Shown: positions 1 to 7,482 of the stretch, piece after piece | Position numbering within the stretch: the stretch's first letter is position 1 | Layout of the letters: the number at the start of each line of letters is the position of its first letter | DNA from: Alphaproteobacteria bacterium | GTDB taxonomy: Bacteria > Pseudomonadota > Alphaproteobacteria > SMXQ01 | Direction: 5' to 3' | DNA length: 62,804 nt | Assembly (NCBI GenBank): GCA_029863585.1 | Contig: JAOTVC010000002.1 | Coordinates: 1-62,804, forward strand | Made by a program: the position numbers and the translations under genes | The notes under the pieces: generated by a model | Databases searched by the model: none | Told to the model about the DNA's origin: nothing | What the model saw: the letters and a program-made list of their open reading frames with translations, nothing else

Positions 1-66
1 CAAGACCACGACGCGTAGCGACCCGCGTCGGGCAACCCCGTGATCCTACCAGAAAGGCCTGCGACC

Positions 67-261
67 CTAATAATAGTAATGGTCCAGAAACACGCCGACC
101 ATGAGAAATCCCAGGCCGATGATAGCAATCGGCTTGGACAGGCTGCCTCGACTGTCCAATCCATTGCTGAGGAACATGCCGATCAGGCCGACCCCCGCTG
201 CAATGCCGCCGGCGATCATCATCCACATGGCGATTTCTACCAACTCATACGAATCCAACAT
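67..261 (-). CDS. small hypothetical membrane protein (64 aa)
   Basis: Track ORF. Two hydrophobic stretches (VEIAMWMMIAGGIAAGVGLIGMFL; PIAIIGLGFLMVGVFL). No family recognised. Confidence 0.4.
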   Translation of the reverse strand: MLDSYELVEIAMWMMIAGGIAAGVGLIGMFLSNGLDSRGSLSKPIAIIGLGFLMVGVFLDHYYY

Positions 262-742
262 TGTTGTTCACCGACGCTTTCGCGTCTCCTTTTGAGGTGC
301 TCCCTTTTCTTCGTCCAAGGACGCACCCGACCGGGTGCGCTGTCCTGGGCGATGCACATTCCGGGATTGCCAGATCCCGGGCGGCCGCGTCTATCCCCGG
401 CCTGCCGTCCCCGGCACCGCCGAAACCGACCCCCCACGACCGGCCCCGCAGCCGATCGTGGTTAATTAATTTACATTGAATTTTATCAAAAATTGAGTCC
501 TTCAAACACTAAATAATTGGAACACTTACATTATATTGATACAATTTTATCAATAATTAACCCTGTTTATTTACGAATATTAAGATCGGGGAAGGACGGC
601 GTGCCGTCGCCGGTTGCGCCGTCCCCGTTTGCGGCGGGGACGCGACGGCGATGGTAAGCGGCGCCTCTTGCGCCCGTCCGGCCTAGGCGGGACAATGGCC
701 TCCGGGATCCGCGATCGGACCCGTGCCACAAGGGAGGCCGCC

Positions 743-1930
743 ATGATCCACACCCCGCCCACCCGGGACGATATTCTGGCTTCGGCCACCGCCCAGGCGA
801 TGCCGCCCCGGGACATGTTGCCCGGGGTCGCGCTGCGCAATCGCTTCCAGGCGATGGATAACATGGCGCGGGTGTTCGCGATCCGGCCCGGCGAACGGGT
901 GGTGCTGCTGACCGATCCCTTGCTCGACCGCCGGGTGGTGGACGCGGTGTCCGGCATAGCGGCGGCGCGCGGGGCCGGCGTGCGCGAGTTCATCGCGCCG
1001 ACGACGCAGCTGACCGACTGCCCACCGGAAGCGGCGGCGCTGGTGCGGGACGCGGATTTCGTGATGTCGTCCTGGTATGCCGCCGTCAACGCGCCCTTGT
1101 TTCTGAAGCTCCGTCGCGAAGAGGGCCAGCGCTGGGTCAAGATCACCTATTTCCGCAACCTCGACCTGCTGGACACGCCCCAAGGCCGGTTTCCGCCGGA
1201 GCTGGTGGGCGAGATCACCCGCGCCAACGCGGGCCTGTTCCCGCGCGGCCGGTCCTTCGACATGCGTTTTACCGACCCGCGCGGTTCCGACGTCACCATC
1301 AAGTTCACCGCCGAAATGGTGGACAACATGTTGGACACCAACCGGTGGCGGGGCTCCACCATCGCCGAGGAGCTCGGCTGCTACGTCCATTACCTGCCCG
1401 CACACGGCCCCAATATCTACGACCGCGAAGCCTTCAAGCGCGAACCGGGCCGTGTGGCCGAGATGGAAGGCATCCTGTACCCGCAATGGGGAATCGGCTT
1501 CGAGCAACCGTTTGCGGAAAAGATCGGGGTGGAGTGGAAGGATACCGAGGTTGTCGCCGTGCACGGAAGGTCGCGCGAGGCCGACATCCTGCGCGAGATG
1601 ATCGTCGGCGGCAAGGTGACCGAGCTGGGCTGCGGCCACAACCCGAAGGCGCCGCGCTTTACCGCCTATCCGGCGGGCCCCAATTCGGCGGGCGCGCTGC
1701 ACTGGGGCATCAACTACACGACGCCGTCCAACCACATGCGCCGCGTCGTGCCCAACTGGGAAGAGCCGCCCCTGCACCAGGATCTCGCGACCTTCGACAC
1801 CACCGTGAAGCTCGGCAACGTCACCCTGATCGACAATGGATTCCTGATGGCGCTGAGGTCCGATGCGGTAGTGCAGGCCGCGGCGCGGTACGGCGATCCG
1901 GTGGAACTCTTGGAAGCCTTCGTGGAATAG
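743..1930 (+). CDS. hypothetical protein, possibly aminopeptidase-T (M29)/NicX-like fold
   Basis: ATG 743 is in frame with track ORF 614..1930 and preceded by AGGGAGG about 5 nt upstream. Composition is protein-like. The family assignment is only an impression. Lies 38 nt upstream of the amidohydrolase gene (likely operon). Confidence 0.6.
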   Translation: MIHTPPTRDDILASATAQAMPPRDMLPGVALRNRFQAMDNMARVFAIRPGERVVLLTDPLLDRRVVDAVSGIAAARGAGVREFIAPTTQLTDCPPEAAALVRDADFVMSSWYAAVNAPLFLKLRREEGQRWVKITYFRNLDLLDTPQGRFPPELVGEITRANAGLFPRGRSFDMRFTDPRGSDVTIKFTAEMVDNMLDTNRWRGSTIAEELGCYVHYLPAHGPNIYDREAFKREPGRVAEMEGILYPQWGIGFEQPFAEKIGVEWKDTEVVAVHGRSREADILREMIVGGKVTELGCGHNPKAPRFTAYPAGPNSAGALHWGINYTTPSNHMRRVVPNWEEPPLHQDLATFDTTVKLGNVTLIDNGFLMALRSDAVVQAAARYGDPVELLEAFVE

Positions 1931-1968
1931 GGAACAATCGCCGCCTGCGGATAAAGGAGAAACGACCC

Positions 1969-3042
1969 ATGGCGATCAGAGCTGAGGATCTGTCGGCCCG
2001 GACCATCGACCAGGGTTCGCGTGAAAAAGCCGCGTCGATTCCGGAACTACTCGTTTCGGCGGACTCCCACGTCGACGAGCCGCCGGACCTCTGGAAATCG
2101 CTGCCTGCGGCGCTCCGGGACGACCTCCCCAAGATCACCGCATGGACGGAAGACAAGCGGCCGCAAGGCGGGCTGGATCCCGACCTCAGGATCCAGCATA
2201 TGGATCTCGATGGCGTCGCGGCGGAGGTCTTGTATCCGACGGCGACGCTGCGGGCTTTCAGGGCCCCTCAGAAGGCGCAAGAGGCCGCTTTCCGGATCTA
2301 CAACGACTGGGTGGCGGAGTTCTGCCGGACGGACCCCAAGCGGCTTTACGCCGTGCCTTGTCTCTGCGTCTACGACATCGATTGGGCCGTCGCGGAACTG
2401 CAACGTTGCGCAGGATTGGGCCTGAAGGGCGGCTTGGTCTGGCAGGTGCCCGATCCGCACCTGCCCTTTACCTCCAGCCATTACGACAAGCTGTGGGCGG
2501 CGGCGGCGGAAACGGGAATGCCGCTGAATTTCCACATCTTGAGCGGCCACAGCTACGATGTCACGAAACTGGTGGGCATCGATATCGTGCGCGGCTCGGT
2601 CAATACCAAGACCGCGGACGCCGTCACCACGATTTTCGATCTGGTCTGGTCCGGCGTCTTCGATCGCCATCCGACGCTCAAGGTCGAAATGGTGGAAAGC
2701 GAGATCGGCTGGATCCCCTTCGTGGTGCAGCAGTGGGACTACTATTTCAACCGCTTCAAGGATTCGCCCGAGGCCAGACGCAAGTTTCCCATCGACCGCT
2801 TGCCCAGCGAAATCTTCGAGGCGCACTGGTTCGTAACCTTCATGGACGACTTCGTGGGCTCCCAGGCATTGAAGTTCTGGGGCGAGCGAAACTGCATGTG
2901 GTCGAGCGACTACCCCCATGCCAACATGACCTGGCCCAACTCACGGGCGTTTCTCGCCAAGCAGATCGGTGAACTGGATCCCGACGTGCAGAAGCGTCTC
3001 GTCGCTCAGAACGTCATCGATCTCTATCGATTGGAGTTGTGA
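1969..3042 (+). CDS. amidohydrolase family protein (Amidohydro_2, ACMSD/LigW-type metal-dependent hydrolase/decarboxylase)
   Basis: ATG 1969 is in frame with track ORF 1345..3042 and preceded by AAAGGAGA. Motifs SADSHVDEP, HILSGH and WSSDYPH are typical of TIM-barrel amidohydrolase_2 proteins. Confidence 0.8.
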   Translation: MAIRAEDLSARTIDQGSREKAASIPELLVSADSHVDEPPDLWKSLPAALRDDLPKITAWTEDKRPQGGLDPDLRIQHMDLDGVAAEVLYPTATLRAFRAPQKAQEAAFRIYNDWVAEFCRTDPKRLYAVPCLCVYDIDWAVAELQRCAGLGLKGGLVWQVPDPHLPFTSSHYDKLWAAAAETGMPLNFHILSGHSYDVTKLVGIDIVRGSVNTKTADAVTTIFDLVWSGVFDRHPTLKVEMVESEIGWIPFVVQQWDYYFNRFKDSPEARRKFPIDRLPSEIFEAHWFVTFMDDFVGSQALKFWGERNCMWSSDYPHANMTWPNSRAFLAKQIGELDPDVQKRLVAQNVIDLYRLEL

Positions 3043-3377
3043 GGGCGCGGCATATCGGGTGCGCAGCCGCTATCCGGTCGCCGCGCCGAAGCGCGGACCA
3101 TCCCGCTATTTTTCAACATCGGCTAACGGTCGTAAGCCGATATTCATGATTTCCGCTTATTTCGCGTTGGCCGGCGCCGTGTCTTCGGCCGCACCCGGAA
3201 TCTGCGGCGGTTACGCCATCCGCGGCTGATCAGCCGGCCAGGTTTCGGCGGGAAGATGGCTCGCACGCTGTTGCTTTCACTTGGCGTAGTGGCTAATTTG
3301 ACGCAAAGGATGGCGACCCCGCCGGGGAATCCATTCTTGTAAATTGAAATCATTATCTTTTTGTCGATGAGCTAGCC

Positions 3378-4556
3378 ATGGATTTCAAGAATAAACTTAT
3401 TGCGAGCACCGCGATATGCGTTGTCGGGATGGTCAATGCCGGCACGGCGGACGCCGCCTCGAAACCGAAATTGAGTATCTCGGGCTATTACGAAGTATTT
3501 GCCGGATGGGCCGATGGCGACCGTATAGGGTCCACCGTCGACGGCACGCCGGTCTACCAGGGCGATGCCAGCCAGGTGGAGGGCAAGTTCAACATCGTCC
3601 ATTACGGCGAGATTCGCTTCAAGGCCGAAGGCAAGACCGACGGCGGCATGAAGTGGGGCATCTATTTCGAAGACGTCCAGGACGACTACGACGCCGACTG
3701 CGCGGGCGGCGGCTCGTGCGGCACCGGCGCCGAGAAACAGTCGACCGACGAAGCCAACATCTGGTTCTCCGGTTCCTGGGGCAAGGTCGAAATCGGCGGC
3801 CAGGACGGTCCCGCCGATAGGGTCTATCATGGCGCCGAAGGTCTGGCCCATATTCCACCGCAGCTGCTCGACGTCTTCGCCGACACCCAAACCGCTGAAG
3901 GCGGCCGCGGTTTCGCCCGTGAGAAGATGAACATCAACGACACCGCGGACGCGACCAAGATCACCTATTACACGCCGCGCATCAGCGGCTTCCAGGCCGG
4001 CTACAGCTGGATTCCCGAGCTCGATTCCAAGGGCTCCGTGGCGGGCTCGGACACCAGCGGAGAAGCCGATCCGGCCCACGAGTTCGCCGTGGATTGGACC
4101 GGCAAGGTCGGCCCCGGCAGCATCAAGGCCTCCTGGGGCGGCACCCTCATGCCGGGTCAGGTACAGGACGATACCGGCACCTTCGAAGACAACAACTTCG
4201 GCTGGCGCGCCGGCATCACCTACAGCCAGGGTCCGTGGACCGTGGCCGCCGGCTACAAGGATGCCGGCGAGTGGGCCCGCTTCGACGAGACCGGCGACCA
4301 CACCGGCTTCGACGTCGGCGTCGCCTATAACGGCGGGCGCTGGGAAGTGGCGCTGGTCCACATCAACACCAAGGCCGAGGACAACGAAGGCGACAACAAG
4401 TGGAAGCACACCATGTTGACGGGCGCCTACAACTTCGGCGGCGGGTTGACGGGCAACGTCGCCCTGCACCTGTTCGACCTGGATGAGCCGCTCGACGTTG
4501 CGGACGGCGGCAACAGCGGTAGCGCCATCATCCTCGGCCTCGGCGCCAAGTTCTAA
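3378..4556 (+). CDS. outer-membrane general porin
   Basis: Signal peptide (…VGMVNAGTADA). Gly/Asp/Tyr-rich alternating beta-strand pattern. C-terminal …LGLGAKF with terminal Phe. Followed by a strong intrinsic terminator. Confidence 0.85.
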   Translation: MDFKNKLIASTAICVVGMVNAGTADAASKPKLSISGYYEVFAGWADGDRIGSTVDGTPVYQGDASQVEGKFNIVHYGEIRFKAEGKTDGGMKWGIYFEDVQDDYDADCAGGGSCGTGAEKQSTDEANIWFSGSWGKVEIGGQDGPADRVYHGAEGLAHIPPQLLDVFADTQTAEGGRGFAREKMNINDTADATKITYYTPRISGFQAGYSWIPELDSKGSVAGSDTSGEADPAHEFAVDWTGKVGPGSIKASWGGTLMPGQVQDDTGTFEDNNFGWRAGITYSQGPWTVAAGYKDAGEWARFDETGDHTGFDVGVAYNGGRWEVALVHINTKAEDNEGDNKWKHTMLTGAYNFGGGLTGNVALHLFDLDEPLDVADGGNSGSAIILGLGAKF

Positions 4557-4581
4557 GAAATCAGCAATACGCCTAGCAAGG

Positions 4582-4611
4582 GGCGGGCCGGGCAACCGGC
4601 CCGCCTTTTTT
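4582..4611 (+). terminator. rho-independent terminator of the porin gene
   Basis: GGCGGGCCGG-gcaa-CCGGCCCGCC (10-bp perfect stem) followed by TTTTTT. Confidence 0.75.
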
Positions 4612-4859
4612 GCTACCTATTGCAATCGCAGCATTCAGGCGTCCGCGACCTGCATAACGCTGCCGCTGCGGGTGAAGAATTCATTGATTGCAACGCCAAG
4701 ACGCGCACCAACACCAGGGAAAATCAGGGACCCGAGATTGACTCAGCCCGGCGGCCAAAAAAAATCGATATTCGCAGACAAAATGGGCGACGGAAAATTG
4801 CCCCGTGTTTCGTTGCAATAACGACATTCAGATTATCTTAATCGACGGATTGGTCGGTC

Positions 4860-5315
4860 ATGCCGATTTCCTCCGTGCCAAGACTGCTTCTTCGTTCCAA
4901 AATCTGGCTATGCCTGTTGGCGGGGCTGGTGCTGATTCCCTCCGTCACGAACGGACGCGCTGTCGCAGACATCGGAGCCAGCCTGGATCGGAGCAAGGAA
5001 CTCGGTTCCGTTCACGCCGCAAAACATCGAGGGCGTCACCCGCTGTACAAGACGAATGCGCGTGGGATCGTCATATGGGAGTGTTGGGAGGCTCCCAGTG
5101 GCGGATGGACGAAGCCGCAAGCGATGTCTCTTGTCAAAGACCTGATCCCGCAGGCACTCAAGGCCCAAATACCGCGCAAAATGAAGTCGGAGCCGGGGGG
5201 CGAGAAACTGGTGTACCAGGATGGTACGACAGTTTGGCTGGAATTCAGCCCACCCAGGGCGTTATATCGATTGGTCGCGGTTTGGACAGGCGAATATCGC
5301 GGCCCGACATGTTAG
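4860..5315 (+). CDS. hypothetical secreted protein (151 aa)
   Basis: Track ORF. N-terminal signal-like segment (RLLLRSKIWLCLLAGLVLIPSVTNGRA). Lies in an AT-richer stretch. No family recognised. Confidence 0.45.
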   Translation: MPISSVPRLLLRSKIWLCLLAGLVLIPSVTNGRAVADIGASLDRSKELGSVHAAKHRGRHPLYKTNARGIVIWECWEAPSGGWTKPQAMSLVKDLIPQALKAQIPRKMKSEPGGEKLVYQDGTTVWLEFSPPRALYRLVAVWTGEYRGPTC

Positions 5316-5518
5316 GCGAGACGACGGGAATGCGTCGCGCGGTCGCCAACGGCGGCACCAAGGAAGGCCGCTTTGAATCCTGCCGGCCGAGCCGAAATCA
5401 GGATTGAGATTGTCCCGGAAATATTTGTCCCGTCCCTTGGGATAACCACAAACAGATTGAATATCCGCCCACACGAGCCATCTCGACGGGTCGCCATGCA
5501 CGCTTCTTTAATCGGGCA

Positions 5519-5872
5519 TTATTTCTCTTGCGCCGGTCCCCGCCAGGGCCAGCGGCCTTCGATTTCAAAATGCAGAGTGATGCTCAACGTCACTCGGATC
5601 AGCACGATGAGCGCTAGCACGGCCGCCCCTGTCAGGGTCTGATCGACTGTGACGGTGCGAATGATGTCGCCGGCAATCAGGAATTCAAGTCCCAGAATGA
5701 TTGATCGGGCAATATCCTGGCGAAACTGCTGATATACGTCGAGAGTTGGAAGTCGACTGAGACGTCGGACGGACCAAATGGAGGAAAGAATGATGCCTCC
5801 AACAATGATTGTCGCGCCGATCGCCTCAATGAGGTAACCGGCGGTGCCAAATACTTCCCGGAAAAGGACCAT
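5519..5872 (-). CDS. DUF1622 family membrane protein
   Basis: 117 aa with three hydrophobic helices. Segment SIILGLEFLIAGDIIRTV is as I remember for DUF1622. Confidence 0.7.
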   Translation of the reverse strand: MVLFREVFGTAGYLIEAIGATIIVGGIILSSIWSVRRLSRLPTLDVYQQFRQDIARSIILGLEFLIAGDIIRTVTVDQTLTGAAVLALIVLIRVTLSITLHFEIEGRWPWRGPAQEK

Positions 5873-6525
5873 GGGTGCCTCTCTATCAAATGGCGAACTG
5901 CCGTTCCTGTCCTATCGCGGTATCTCGTGATGAGACAACCTGCCTAGGCACCGGGGGTCGGCTTTCATGGGATGGCTTGCCGCTTTTTGGTGCCTGTTGC
6001 CTGCTTGTTCGCCGCTCAATCAGAGCGAACATGGGAACTCGGGTCCGGGCCGCGGCGCTAGCTTGGCGTGAATGCCAAAGACCGTGCGGACAAGGGCCGT
6101 CTTCGCCGCGCGATAACCGAAGGCGGACAAATCTCCCCTCAGGTCTTGGTCCCAGCCTTTTCCGCCGAGGCGCGCGATCGCAGATCGTTCTGCCGCGTCG
6201 GGCGTGTGGTGATTCGCGAGAAAGGCTTCGAGCTTGGCGGGGCGTTCCTGAGCAGGAATCTCGTCGTTTCAGCATGTCCGCTACCACGCCGCAAGTTGCA
6301 ACACCCGCGGCAAATTCAATTTTTTCGAAACCGCGGTATTTGCACATTTTTTATATGTGTTTAACATAACAGCCAAGTCGGACCCGGTCGAGTAAGCACG
6401 CCAGCCGTCGCTTGCTGGCCCGGAGAAATAAGAAATCCCAGATTGACCAATATTTCAGGACGATGCCCCGCGTGATGCAAGGCCGCCGGACAGGCCGGCA
6501 AATCTAATTTAGAAAAAGAGCCGTC

Positions 6526-7482
6526 ATGGATTTCTGTTGCCGCCTGATCTTGTCCGGATGCCTGGCGGCCACGCTGTCGTTCTTCGTCTTCGTCTTCTCT
6601 TTGGGCGCACAACAAACGCCTGCCGCCGGCCCGCCTGGCGGCGCGAGGGTGGTTTCCGCGGCGGACAAGGATTGCCTGCAATGCCATGGGCCGAAGAGTG
6701 ATCAGCCCGTCGGCGACATCGGCGTGACCAAGCATGGGACCGCGACCGACCGACGAACACCCGATTGCCGGAGCTGCCACGGGGACAGCGGGGCCCACAT
6801 CGCCGACCCCAAGGCGGCAAAGACGGACATTCAATATCACGCAAAGTCTTCCACCGAACCGGCGAAGCAGAATGGACAATGCCTGGCCTGCCATCGTGGC
6901 GGCCACATGATCCTGTGGCCCGGCAGTCCCCATCAGTCCCAAGAGGTGACCTGCGGCTCCTGCCACAAGATGCATACCCCCCGCGACCCGGTGATGACCA
7001 AGACGCAACAGACCCAGGTCTGCACCGCTTGTCACAAGCAGCAGCACGTGCAACTGAAAAAGCCGTCGCGCCATCCTATTGTCGAGGGCAAGGTGCGGTG
7101 CTCGGATTGTCACAATCCGCATGGGTCGGCGGGTCCCGCGCTGATGGCGCGCGACACAGTCAATGGCACCTGTTTCAAGTGCCATGCGGAAAAACGCGGC
7201 CCCTTCATCTGGAATCATCAGCCGGTTACCGAAAACTGCGCGCTTTGTCACGAACCGCACGGATCCACCGTGGCAAGCATGCTCAAATGGCGCCAACCGT
7301 TCCTGTGCCAACAATGTCATGAGATCACCAGCCATCGCGGCGCCATTCCGTCGCTGACCGCACCGGGGACGACGACCGGGATCGGCAGCACCCTGGCGCG
7401 CAGTTGTGTCAATTGCCACACCAATATTCATGGCTCGAACAATCCGACCAACAGTGCGGGGTCGCGATCGTTCCGGCGATGA
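6526..7482 (+). CDS. periplasmic decaheme c-type cytochrome, MtrA/DmsE/PioA/MtoA family
   Basis: Signal peptide plus exactly ten CXXCH motifs (CLQCH, CRSCH, CLACH, CGSCH, CTACH, CSDCH, CFKCH, CALCH, CQQCH, CVNCH) in 318 aa. Stop overlaps the start of the barrel gene (ATGA). Confidence 0.9.
   Translation: MDFCCRLILSGCLAATLSFFVFVFSLGAQQTPAAGPPGGARVVSAADKDCLQCHGPKSDQPVGDIGVTKHGTATDRRTPDCRSCHGDSGAHIADPKAAKTDIQYHAKSSTEPAKQNGQCLACHRGGHMILWPGSPHQSQEVTCGSCHKMHTPRDPVMTKTQQTQVCTACHKQQHVQLKKPSRHPIVEGKVRCSDCHNPHGSAGPALMARDTVNGTCFKCHAEKRGPFIWNHQPVTENCALCHEPHGSTVASMLKWRQPFLCQQCHEITSHRGAIPSLTAPGTTTGIGSTLARSCVNCHTNIHGSNNPTNSAGSRSFRR

Noticed and set aside
4620-4818. Three (A/G)TTGCAA(T/C) palindromic hexamer cores (4620, 4688, 4813) upstream of the hypothetical secreted-protein gene.
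   Set aside because: The motif is short, the spacing is irregular (68 and 125 nt), and the region is AT-richer. This is compatible with chance, and no known regulator motif is recognised.
5501-5515. A 15-nt exact repeat, CGCTTCTTTAATCGG, at 5501..5515 and 9642..9656, followed by GCAT/ACAT.
   Set aside because: My rough back-of-envelope estimate for a 62.8-kb window, both strands, skewed composition, gives about one such match expected by chance. The flanks do not align further, and the two sites share no obvious genic context.
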